Assembly: GCA_950097015.1 (NCBI GenBank) | Contig: CATNEN010000009.1 | Span: 1,054,001-1,118,000 of the forward strand | Length of the DNA: 64,000 bases | Direction: 5' to 3' | Source: Macrostomum hystrix | Taxonomy: Eukaryota; Animalia; Platyhelminthes | Shown: piece by piece, positions 35,921-47,100 of the stretch | Layout: each line of letters opens with the position of its first letter | Numbering within the stretch: the stretch's first letter is position 1 | The notes under the pieces: model-generated | Databases searched by the model: none | The model's input: the letters and a program-made list of their open reading frames with translations, nothing else | What the model was told of the DNA's origin: nothing | Program-made: the position numbers and the translations under genes

Positions 35921-38900
35921 ATGCGTTCGACAACTACTACTATGCTTGAGCTGCTGCTTCTGCAACTGCTCGCAAGCCTCGGCTCCAGCAGCCAGCCACT
36001 GGGCTCCAACAGTCGCCTGTGCAAGACCATCACCATCACGAACGGACTGTACCAGACCCACCGGAACATCAGCCGACTGCACGCAGAACTCAGCGCCACG
36101 GTGGCCGGATGCCAGTATTTGAACGGCGATCTCAATATCTTGAATGTCGGCGCTGATCCGACATCCGAGCAGCCTCTCGACGACGCTATCCGTGGACTTG
36201 AGACAGACTTTCTCGACTCCATCGTTGAGATCAGCGGGCGGTTGGTCATTAAACGTGTCAACTTGAAGCGACTCACCTTGCGCAACCTGCGGTCTATACG
36301 CGGCTACAATCACGAGAATGTGAGTCCATTCTACTCAATGGAAGTCTGGCAGACGAGATACCCCACCCAACTGGAGCTGCCCAAGCTGAGCGCCATCCTG
36401 CAAGGCAGTGTCAACATGATTGGCACAGTGCATGCGGACCTGTACTGCCATTTGACTCGCAGCGTACACTGGCTGAGTCTGTTTCAAAACCCAGCGCTGC
36501 AAAAATTCATCGATGATGCCTCCCTCATGGCTCTCGGCGACCAACTAATAAGAGTCGATAAGTTCGATGAGATCGAGAGGGCCTGCAGTTCAGTACTGAA
36601 TTGCAGTAGCAGCTGCCACACTGAAATGTCTGGTCGACAGCTCTGCTGGTCCGACGGGCAAGACGGCTGCCAGAGCTTCAACGGATGTCTCGAGCGACCG
36701 TGCCTAAATTGCTACCGACATCCCCAAACACGCACCGAGGAGTGTTGCAACACCGACTGTCTCGGCGGCTGCTCCGACCGGCCTGATGGCTGTTTCTCCT
36801 GTCGCGATGTCATTCTGCATGGGGTTTGCAAGGGCGCGTGTCCACTCAAGTCGGACCCGAACCCTGGCACAAATAGGGTCGACAGTTTCAACTCCAGCAT
36901 GAAGCGGGTGGGCCACATCTGTGTGAACAAGTGCGAGATGCCGTTTGTGACGAGCTCCAACGAAGAGCACTGCTTGAGCGAGTGTCCTCAGACTGAGTAT
37001 CCGTACCAAGGTGTCTGCAAAAAATGCACCCTGTCGTCTTGCAAGTCATGCACGATCACAAAGCTAATCCTGAATGACGATGAGGCACAGAAGCTCAAGG
37101 ACAGAAACTGCACGACCTGGCGAACGGACGCCTCCTTGGAAGTCAGCGGCGACAAGCTGAGCAGCAAGGCCAGTCTGATGACACTGGAATCACTACAAAT
37201 ATTTTATGGTCGCTTGTTTATCAAGAGAAGCGAAGGCCTGGTACAAAATCTAGGAATTCTCAAGAATTTAAAGTTCGTGTCGGACAACTTTGGAATTACG
37301 TTTTTAAAGACAACCTACATTGGTCTCGCCAAGCTCAGATACGCAAAGTCTCTCTTGTTTATGAGGGTGAGCGGTCTGTGCAAGGCTTGGTACCCCAGCA
37401 ACAGAATTCATGAAATCATGGAGGTCACCAAGGAGTTTCCGATATCCATCAGAGACATCAGCTTCGACAACTCGAGCGAAGTGTGCCGAAATGCTGCCTG
37501 CGACCCTCAGTGCAGAGACGAGTGCTGGGGACCCGGACCGGACATGTGCGTGGCCTGCAGGAACTTCGAGGTGGACGGTCGCTGTCATGCCACGTGCAAG
37601 CATGCAGGCCGATATCAGCTAGGCTCCTCGTGTCTGCCGTGCCACAGTGAGTGCGACGGCGGCTGCAGCGGTCCGAGCGCTTCCGAGTGCGAGCGATGCC
37701 GAAAACTGAAGGAGGACGACAAGTGCGTGGCCTCCTGCAGTCGAGAAATGCGCGCGAGCTCAAAGGGCGTCTGCTACTCGGTGGCGACAGCGAGGCTCTT
37801 TGCTGTCGGCATCGGTGTCGGCCTGCTGATTCTGCTGCTGCTGCTGCTGCTGCCGCTCGCCTACCTGCACTACCGCAAGCGAATGCGAAAGTACGAGATG
37901 GTCGACCTGGACGAGTACCTGAAGGATCCGAGCAATCCGAGCGACATGGCGAAGCTGCTGATTGTGAACGACGACGATGTGGTGAAGCAGAAGGAGATCG
38001 GCAGCGGCGCGTTCGGCACCGTGTACAAGGGCATTCTGAGGTCCAGCACAAACAAGGGAGTGCGCGAGCTGCCTGTGGCCATCAAGGTGTTGCGTGGTCA
38101 CAGTCCGAAGCTGGGACAGGAGCTGCTGAATGAGGCGAGTGTCCTGGCCAGAGTGCAGCATCCGTGCTGCATCCGGCTGGTGGCTCTGTTCCTGACCCAG
38201 GAGCCGCAGCTGATCACGGCGCTGATGCCTCGAGGCTGTCTGCTGGAGTTCCTGCGAACTCACCACAACCAAATCGGAGCGGAGCGAATGCTGCGTTGGG
38301 GCCTGCAGGTGGCAGAGGGCATGGAGTACCTGGAGTCTCTCGGCATTGTCCACCGCGACCTGGCTGCTCGAAACGTGCTGCTTCAGTCTCCGGATCAGGT
38401 CCGCATCACGGACTTCGGTCTGGCTCGCCTGCTGAACCTGTCGGAGGGCGAGTTCGTCCAGACTGCGGGCCTCCTGCCAGTGAAGTGGCTCGGCGTGGAG
38501 TGCTTCGAGTCCGGACTGTTTAGCCACAAGTCGGATGTGTGGAGCTACGGAGTGCTTCTGTGGGAGATCTGCACCTTCGGCGAGTCGCCCTACAACCCGT
38601 ACGGAATTCGGTCGGTCGAGGACATCACAGGGCTGCTGAAGAAGGGCATCCGACTGAACCAGCCCGACATCTGCAGCATCGACTTCTACAACATCCTGCT
38701 GAGCTGCTGGCTGCCTCAGCCGGAGTCTCGACCGAGCTTCCGCGACTTGGTGGACACAATGACCGAGTGCCTGAATATTCCGTCCAAGTACATTGCCCAG
38801 GGCTACAGCATCGCTGATCCGGAGATGGGCACCGATGATGCCTTCGGCGATGTCAACGAGATGTCCCTGTCGTCGCTGGCGCAAAAGAGCGGTGGCGACC

Positions 38901-39184
38901 GCAGGTTCGTTTGCAGTCACGACAAGCACGGCTTGGAGCTGAATGCGTATATCTCAGACCCGACCAGCCGCTACGCACCGCAGCTGCGCCACCCTCCGGT
39001 GGGTCCAGTGAGTTCCAGCGACACCAGCGAGAGCTCCAAGCTGCTGTGCGGCCAGTTCAGTGTTCAGTCCGAGCCGGACGACTATCTGACCCCGACATCG
39101 CCGAGCGGCGTAAATGGAAGCAGCGATGCAGCTGAAGGTTCAAACGGCGTCTTGGATGACTACCTGACGCCGAAGAAGGCTTGA
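35921..39184 (+). CDS. EGFR: EGFR-like RTK, type A (1087 aa)
   Basis: Intronless ORF; about 11 residues differ from 12420-15683; all motifs intact. Confidence 0.95.
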   Translation: MRSTTTTMLELLLLQLLASLGSSSQPLGSNSRLCKTITITNGLYQTHRNISRLHAELSATVAGCQYLNGDLNILNVGADPTSEQPLDDAIRGLETDFLDSIVEISGRLVIKRVNLKRLTLRNLRSIRGYNHENVSPFYSMEVWQTRYPTQLELPKLSAILQGSVNMIGTVHADLYCHLTRSVHWLSLFQNPALQKFIDDASLMALGDQLIRVDKFDEIERACSSVLNCSSSCHTEMSGRQLCWSDGQDGCQSFNGCLERPCLNCYRHPQTRTEECCNTDCLGGCSDRPDGCFSCRDVILHGVCKGACPLKSDPNPGTNRVDSFNSSMKRVGHICVNKCEMPFVTSSNEEHCLSECPQTEYPYQGVCKKCTLSSCKSCTITKLILNDDEAQKLKDRNCTTWRTDASLEVSGDKLSSKASLMTLESLQIFYGRLFIKRSEGLVQNLGILKNLKFVSDNFGITFLKTTYIGLAKLRYAKSLLFMRVSGLCKAWYPSNRIHEIMEVTKEFPISIRDISFDNSSEVCRNAACDPQCRDECWGPGPDMCVACRNFEVDGRCHATCKHAGRYQLGSSCLPCHSECDGGCSGPSASECERCRKLKEDDKCVASCSREMRASSKGVCYSVATARLFAVGIGVGLLILLLLLLLPLAYLHYRKRMRKYEMVDLDEYLKDPSNPSDMAKLLIVNDDDVVKQKEIGSGAFGTVYKGILRSSTNKGVRELPVAIKVLRGHSPKLGQELLNEASVLARVQHPCCIRLVALFLTQEPQLITALMPRGCLLEFLRTHHNQIGAERMLRWGLQVAEGMEYLESLGIVHRDLAARNVLLQSPDQVRITDFGLARLLNLSEGEFVQTAGLLPVKWLGVECFESGLFSHKSDVWSYGVLLWEICTFGESPYNPYGIRSVEDITGLLKKGIRLNQPDICSIDFYNILLSCWLPQPESRPSFRDLVDTMTECLNIPSKYIAQGYSIADPEMGTDDAFGDVNEMSLSSLAQKSGGDRRFVCSHDKHGLELNAYISDPTSRYAPQLRHPPVGPVSSSDTSESSKLLCGQFSVQSEPDDYLTPTSPSGVNGSSDAAEGSNGVLDDYLTPKKA

Positions 39185-40191
39185 GCCTCTGGACTCTCGG
39201 TTTCGTGAGTTTGAAGTTGCAGTGGCGTAAATGACTGATTTATTTGTAACACATTTTTTTTGCTGCATAGCTACCTAGGTTTCATTGGCTACTGGCCAGA
39301 CAGATTCGGATATACTTTTGTTTTACTTACTCGATACGCTCGAAAATGGGAAGAATTCATCGCTAATACCCGATGTTGAATTGAATTTTAACGTACAGTT
39401 TTTCTATAACACTGTGAGTATGGCAATAGCCCATGCAAGGGTCATCGCCGGAACTTCGTGATTCAGGCATGTTTGCTGTCAGCTGTCAGCTGAGTGGTAA
39501 CTTCCCAACCTTTTCAGAAGAAATATCTCCCCTTGCCGTAGAGATTTCGCTTATGTATAATATACTACGCAATACCGAATCGAGTTTGTTAATCCTAATC
39601 CCTTTTTTCCTCGATCCAGGCGCTGTATAATGTACCAGAACTCATTTTTTAATCTAAGGACTTTGTACGCTACATTCGCTTACATTAAAGCAGTACTTTA
39701 ATCACTTTCTCTTGAGTTGCCATTTGAGCAGTAATGTTTGTATAAATGCACTTTTATTTGTCGCTCATGTCTGCACTGTTGTACGTCGCAAATTCAATAT
39801 TGCTACAAGCATAGTCTCCAATCTGATCTGCACTTTCGTTGCCATGGAATTACCCAGTAATTTATGATTTTCTAATTCAATGGCCTTCTGCAGCGAATAT
39901 GTTTAGACTCCAGTGAGCTGCCTCAGCCAAATGCGCAGCCAGAAGACCCTGTGAAAAGTTTTCGAAATCGCAAATAAACTAAATGTTTAGCAGACAAATG
40001 AAATCGCTTAACTTTTGCTGGTTCGCCTGTCATTTTTAGGGCTATATTTTAGCTGTTGGTGCCTGGCCAAGTGTGTAAGTAAGATGAAGACAAATAGCAG
40101 TTCACAGCTGTTTACAGCCCAGTCCACTGAGTAGTCACTGCACCTACGAGCTACTCTAGTGAATAGGGAATAAGGTGCCTTGCTCGAGATT

Positions 40192-40434
40192 CGGGTGGCT
40201 TTCACAAGACCGCAATTTCACAACGCCGAAAATTCTTGCACTGTCCATTCATACGACCGAAACTTCACAAGACCGAAATTTCACAACGCCGAAAAAGAAA
40301 AATGCAGAAGGACAGTGCAAGACTTTTCGGCGTTGTGAAATTTCGGTCTTGTGAAGTTTCTGTCTTGTGAAGTTTCTGTCTTATGAAGTTTCTGTCTTAT
40401 AAAAAATGTGTTTCGGCGTTGTGAAAGCCATCCC
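40192..40434. mobile_element. MITE-like foldback element (duplicate of 16695-16937)
   Basis: Same termini and GAGATT flanks. Confidence 0.65.
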
Positions 40435-40993
40435 GAGATTGTAACTGCTCTAGGCACTGGTCTCCGGCCTAGTTTTAATTAATTTAATTTATAATTAATT
40501 GCATATCCAGTTTAAATTTTTGCATAACGAAGCAGTTATAACAGTAGTTGCAATCTCGTCTCCGTGTCAGAAAATATTTACGAGCATAATTTTCATGAAA
40601 TTCAATAAGCATTCAACTCCATGGCAATGGTGCAGTCGCACTGCCGCAGCTGTTGAGGTCGGGTGCAAGCTGGTCCTGCATCTGGGACTTAATTTGCCAG
40701 CTGTTTGCCCGTGCTTACACATTCAGCCGCAAAACTTTAATAAAACAAAAACTCCTCTCAGGTAAACCGATTTCCACAAAATTCAGGAAATTAGTAAAAT
40801 TTGCAGCACTACAACTTCTAGTGTTTAATAACTGGAAAATTGTATCATTTGTTTTTATTAGCTTTCGTTATAACTTATATCGATTATTCATTACTCAACT
40901 ATTGCCATATTTCTAAGATGCAAAATCTGAAAGATGCAAAAGTTTTGGCAGGGCACTTTTCAGGTTCTGCACCCAGAACTCGACGGCGTAACG

Positions 40994-41194
40994 CTGCAAC
41001 TCATTAGCTAACACTTATCTAATTATATGGCCTCTGCAACTCATTAGCTAACACTTATCTAATTATATGGCCTCTGCAACTCATTAGCTAACACTTATCT
41101 AATTATATGGCCTCTGCAACTCATTAGCTAACACTTATCTAATTATATGGCCTCTGCAACTCATTAGCTAACACTTATCTAATTATATGGCCTC
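40994..41194. repeat. 40-bp tandem repeat, 5 copies
   Basis: Duplicate of 17499-17699. Confidence 0.92.
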
Positions 41195-41690
41195 AAAGAA
41201 GCATTTTATTATTTGTGTCTCACACTCGGCCGAAAAATAAACAATGCGTGCCGTACAGATCGGTAAAGTCCTGTCTATAAGCTCGTCAATGTCGAATTCA
41301 GGCTGTGCAGATCCTGCAGTTCACGCGGACTCAAACATACTCCACTGCCCAGCAACAGTGGGATTGTGAAAGCAACATGATAAATGGCCAGGGCCGTGTC
41401 TGGTGCTCGGAGACTAAGCCGGAACTGCTCATAAAAGGAGTGCATGCACTGATTGCAGTTTGCTCATAGATCAGGATTTCATGGAAACTCATCCAGCTCA
41501 TATTCCAGCTCATATTCCAGCTCATATTCCAGCTCACATCAGAGCGACCATACAGGCCTCATTTATTGACCATACAGAACCCATTTATGTGCAATGGCCT
41601 GCGATTTTGGTTCAGTCTAACTGAGACACTTTTTATCAATACTCATTTGTGTCAGACGTGCAGCCGACAGCACAGGCGCAGCTGTTCAGT

Positions 41691-41856
41691 CCATGGACAC
41701 GCCACACAGACCCTCGGTTTCCCCAGAAAATGCTGGTACCCACTGCAGCAAGGCAGAGTTAAGTGTCTTGCAAAAAGACACGACCTGTTCTAGTGGAGTT
41801 GGGAATCGAACCCCCGACCTTCAAGCCGTGAGTGCAACTCTCTAACCACTAGGCTA
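41691..41856 (-). mobile_element. tRNA-derived SINE, family 1, diverged independent copy
   Basis: Minus strand TAGCCTAGTGGTTAGAGAG...GGTTCGATTCCC, then GTGTCTTTTTGCAAGACACTTAACTC; shares motifs with 11764-11956 but has different flanks. Confidence 0.65.
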
Positions 41857-42456
41857 AAACAATTTTATAATAAGTACGCACGCTAACTAAAGAAACAAAG
41901 AACTAATGACACGCGTGGCGCAACCCATGTTTTATGTTTATAACAGTTAAAATCGCTTTTATAAATATATTTTCAGGCCCAAAATTGCGACGAAGTGGCC
42001 GTAAAAGGAAACCCTTATATTTTTTACACAACTTACAGACGCAGTTGACCAAACAAATTCCCTGCTAGCTTTCAGTATACTTGCACCAATGGAGAACTCC
42101 ACAAGAAGTTTTCGTCTATCGAAATTGCATATATTGCGAAATTTGTGAAATCAGAAATCATACCCAAAGAAGTTAAGCATTTGCAAGCATTACTCCATAT
42201 GAAACATTGTCATGCAGCATTGTGTTCTCTTCAATCTAAATTTTTTAGTCCCGTGTCTGCCATTTATTGCTTACTCTATCATCTACTTAGGACAGTTAAT
42301 AATATTCGCTCTCACTAATTACTGTCGTCGTAAGTAGAATAGCAGTGAATAAGAACATTTTAGTCAGACTAAACAACCAAAAAAGTTATTTAAAAAACTG
42401 ACAAGCCGGAAAGGAAATAGCTCGGTGCATATTAAATGATGGCTTAACTAACATAA

Positions 42457-43826
42457 ACACTCATGAATGCTGACTTCAGGGCCAGGAGACTCATGAATGC
42501 TGACTTCAGGGCCAGGAGACTCATGAATGCTGACTTCAGGGCTAGGACACTCATGAATGCTGACTTCAGGGCCAGGAGACTCATGAATGCTGACTTCAGG
42601 GCCAGGAGACTCATGAATGCTGACTTCAGGGCCAGGAGACTCATGAATGCTGACTTCAGGGCCAGGACACTCATGAATGCTGACTTCAGGGCCAGGACAC
42701 TCATGAATGCTGACTTCAGGGCTAGGACACTCATGAATGCTGACTTCAGGGCCAGGACACTCATGAATGCTGACTTCAGGGCTAGGACACTCATGAATGC
42801 TGACTTCAGGGCTAGGACACTCATGAATGCTGACTTCAGGGCTAGGACACTCATGAATGCTGACTTCAGGGCCAGGACACTCATGAATGCTGACTTCAGG
42901 GCTAGGACACTCATGAATGCTGACTTCAGGGCCAGGACACTCATGAATGCTGACTTCAGGGCTAGGACACTCATGAATGCTGACTTCAGGGCTAGGACAC
43001 TCATGAATGCTGACTTCAGGGCCAGGACACTCATGAATGCTGACTTCAGGGCCAGGACACTCATGAATGCTGACTTCAGGGCTAGGACACTCATGAATGC
43101 TGACTTCAGGGCCAGGACACTCATGAATGCTGACTTCAGGGCTAGGACACTCATGAATGCTGACTTCAGGGCTAGGACACTCATGAATGCTGACTTCAGG
43201 GCTAGGACACTCATGAATGCTGACTTCAGGGCTAGGACACTCATGAATGCTGACTTCAGGGCCAGGACACTCATGAATGCTGACTTCAGGGCTAGGACAC
43301 TCATGAATGCTGACTTCAGGGCTAGGACACTCATGAATGCTGACTTCAGGGCCAGGACACTCATGAATGCTGACTTCAGGGCTAGGACATTCATGAATGC
43401 TGACTTCAGGGCCAGGACATTCATGAATGCTGACTTCAGGGCCAGGACACTCATGAATGCTGTCTTCAGGGCCAGGACACTCATGAATGCTGACTTCAGG
43501 GCCAAGACACTCATGAATGCTGACTTCAGGGCCAGGACACTCATGAATGCTGACTTCAGGGCCAGGACATTCATGAATGCTGACTTCAGGGCCAGGACAC
43601 TCATGAATGCTGACTTCAGGGCCAGGACACTCATGAATGCTGACTTCAGGGCCAGGACATTCATGAATGCTGACTTCAGGGCCAGGACACTCATGAATGC
43701 TGACTTCAGGGCCAGGACACTCATGAATGCTGACTTCAGGGCTAGGACACTCATGAATGCTGACTTCAGGGCCAAGACACTCATGAATGCTGACTTCAGG
43801 GCCAGGACACTCATGAATGCTGACTT
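42457..43826. repeat. 30-bp minisatellite, ~46 copies, downstream of the LYPLA 3' end
   Basis: Same unit as 1365-2434, with different variant units. Confidence 0.97.
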
Positions 43827-44172
43827 ACTTTAGGTTTAGGAAAGTGAAGAGTAGGACTAACACATTTACCAAGGAATAATTGGTTAATACAATACTGTAA
43901 ATAGTACTAGCAGTAGTAGAATAGTCTGTTGCTTGTTTAATTGGTGGCCCCAGAAAGTGGCCAACAAAACCATGCTTTTTGATCAACATAGAACAAGAAT
44001 TTGAATATCATTTCACTGCAGAGAACTTTAAATTAAAATATGAAAGAAGACAACAGCATCAATGACAGACTGACTCAACAGGAGTGCAAATAACAGGATC
44101 TAGCAAGTCCGAGTTCTTGAAGTTTGAGCTCTCAGAGCCTCACGAGCCGCTGCGTTTCCGTGGCCGCCCGAC

Positions 44173-47100
44173 TCACTCGATCGGTGGCAGCAGCTTCGCC
44201 AGGAACTGCTTCATGTCCGCCATCTCCTGTGGTGCGAGCAACAAGAATTGGTGACTGCAGCCACTGCCACACCTGACACTGCAGCCACTGTCACATCAGA
44301 CACTGCACCCACTGCCACATCAGACACTGCACCCACTGCCACATCAGACACTGCACCCACTGCCACACCTGACACTGCAGCCACTGTGACATCAGACACC
44401 CTGCCTTCACCCACTGTCACACCAGACACTGCAGCCACTGCCACATCAGACACTGCAGCCACTGTCACATCAGACACTGCACCCACTGCCACACCTGACA
44501 CTGCAGCCACTGCCACATCAGACACTGCAGCCACTGTCACATCAGACACTGCAGCCACTGCCACATCAGACACTGCAGCCACTGCCACATCAGACACTGC
44601 AGCCACTGTCACATCAGACACTGCACCCACTGCCACACCTGACACTGCAGCCACTGTGACATCAGACACCCTGCCTTCACCCACTGCCACATCAGACACC
44701 CTGCCTTCACCCACTGCCACATCAGACACCCTGCCTTCACCCACTGCCACATCAGACACTGCACCCACTGTGACATCAGACACCCTGACTTCACCCACTG
44801 CCACATCAGAAACTGCACCCACTGCCACACCTGACACTGCAGCCACTATCACCCTGCCTTCACCCACTGCCACATCAGACACCCTGCCTTCACCCACTGT
44901 CACATCAGACACTGCACCCACTGCCACATCAGACACCCTGCCTTCACCCACTGTCACATCAGACACTGCACCCACTGCCACACCTGACACTGCAGCCACT
45001 GTCACATCAGACACTGCACCCACTGCCACATCAGACACCCTGCCTTCACCCACTGTCACATCAGACACTGCACCCACTGCCACATCAGACACCCTGCCTT
45101 CACCCACTGTCACATCAGACACTGCACCCACTGCCACACCTGACACTGCAGCCACTGTCACATCAGACACTGCAGCCACTGTCACATCAGACACTGCAGC
45201 CACTGTGACATCAGACACCCTGCCTTCACCCACTGCCACATCAGACACCCTGCCTTCACCCACTGCCACATCAGACACCCTGCCTTCACCCACGGCCACA
45301 TCAGACACCCTGCCTTCACCCACTGCCACATCAGACACCCTGCCTTCACCCACTGCCACATCAGACACCCTGCCTTCACCCACTGCCACATCAGACACTG
45401 CAGCCACTGTCACATCAGACACTGCAGCCACTATTACATCAGACACTGCAGCCACTGTCACATCAGACACTGCAGCCACTGTCACATCAGACACTGCAGC
45501 CACTGTCACATCAGACACTGCAGCCACTGTCACATCAGACACTGCAGCCACTGTCACATCAGACACTGCACCCACTGCCACATCAGACACCCTGCCTTCA
45601 CCCACTGCCACATCAGACACTGCAGCCACAGTCACATCAGACACTGCACCCACTGTGACATCAGACACTGCACCCACTGTCAGCCCAGTCTCACCTCATC
45701 CGATGAGGAGTGCACGAGCCCAGGGTAAGACTTAAACTGGGCGGCCCCAAGGCCGAGCTGTCGCATCATCTTGTGCGTCATGTCGCCCATCATGTGGGGC
45801 ACCATCTGGTCGCTGTCGCCGTGGGCCTGGAACACGGCTGGGCGGTTCACCACTAGGCCGGGGTTGGCCAGCAGCTTCTGGTGCAGCGGCAGCCAGCTGG
45901 ACAGAGCCACAACACCGGCCGGGCTGGCCTTCGTGCTGGTCAGGCCGCTGTACAGCGCCAGGGCGCCGCCCATGGAGAAGCCGCCGATAACCAGTCGGCT
46001 GAGGGGCAGGCCAGCCCCCGTCTCCTCGGCGATGAGCTTCTCGACCAGGTCACGGCCGCGCTCGATGCCGATCTCGTCCTGCTCCGAGTTCGGGCTGAGG
46101 CCGCGGATGTCAAACCAGGCGGGCATCCGCATGCCGCCATTCAGTGTCACCGGGATTGATGGCGCATGCGGGCAGACAATCTTGCAGTAGGTCGGCACCA
46201 CATCATGCAGAATGGAGGCCCAGCCATGTCCCGTGTCGCCAAGGCCATGCAGAAAGATCAGCTGCGCGAGTTGTGAAAGGAAAGTTCATGTTAGCAGCAG
46301 AAAAGTACAAGTCCTAGCAACCACAGCAAGCTCATTCAAACTTATTTAAACTTATAATTCAAATGAGAATATATACAGTTTGATTAGTTTGTAGTTTCAG
46401 TAAGGCTGCATTGTCATTTTTTGCTTCTGTTTATTATAGAATGTGTTCTTTTTATAACTGACTGACTGAAAATGTAGGAAGATGACAGTAAATGAAAATT
46501 TCTAAGAAACAAACTTTTTGAAAAAGCCCAAGTTTTGTCTTTGGTAATTTGTAAATTGTATTAGTAGTTCTAATGATTCTGTATAATTATACTTTTTACA
46601 GACTTATATATAATTTTTTAAGTTAGCCCACAAATCCCCATTCTTTTATCACAAACACTTCAATTTGAATAAATGTAAGCATAAGCAATAAGCAGAATGC
46701 AACAAAATCACTTTCCTTTGTCTATCACCTCTAAATATTTAGACCCTTAGTAGTGGTTAAGTTAAGGTTAAGGTTAGGTTAACCTTAGGTTAAGGTTAAG
46801 TAGAGACATTGTTTTATTTTAATAATATTATTTTTACACAAAAAATATTTATTGTATATACATATTATTTTTATAAGTACAGACTTGTATTAAAGGTTAA
46901 GTTGAGAGATTTGTATAAGCTGCAAACTAAAATATTTGTAGGAGGAATGACCATTAGTGTTACTGACTCAAAAGGACTGTTGCATTAATTAAAATTAACT
47001 TAAGATCTCTGCTCTCTAAAAAAACTAGGCTATAAGTTAGCCTCTCATTCATCATTTTGTGTTTCTGAGTTTTCAAATAGAGCTTTAGTTTAGGTAACAT

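Larger units (their letters stand above)
21935..45681. other. Tandem segmental duplication unit (~23.7 kb; most complete, continues into intact LYPLA)
   Basis: Contains everything in 4256-21934 except a 345-bp segment, plus extra 5.7-kb, 460-bp and 1.2-kb blocks. Confidence 0.88.

Noticed and set aside
1-45681. Whole array as a pure assembly artefact
   Set aside because: Units differ by specific deletions, SNPs and variant-repeat codes and share a defined novel junction; stitched haplotypes still cannot be fully excluded without reads.
46755-46800. TTAAGG/TTAGG run resembling telomeric repeats
   Set aside because: Short, degenerate and not TTAGGG; lies inside LYPLA intron 1.
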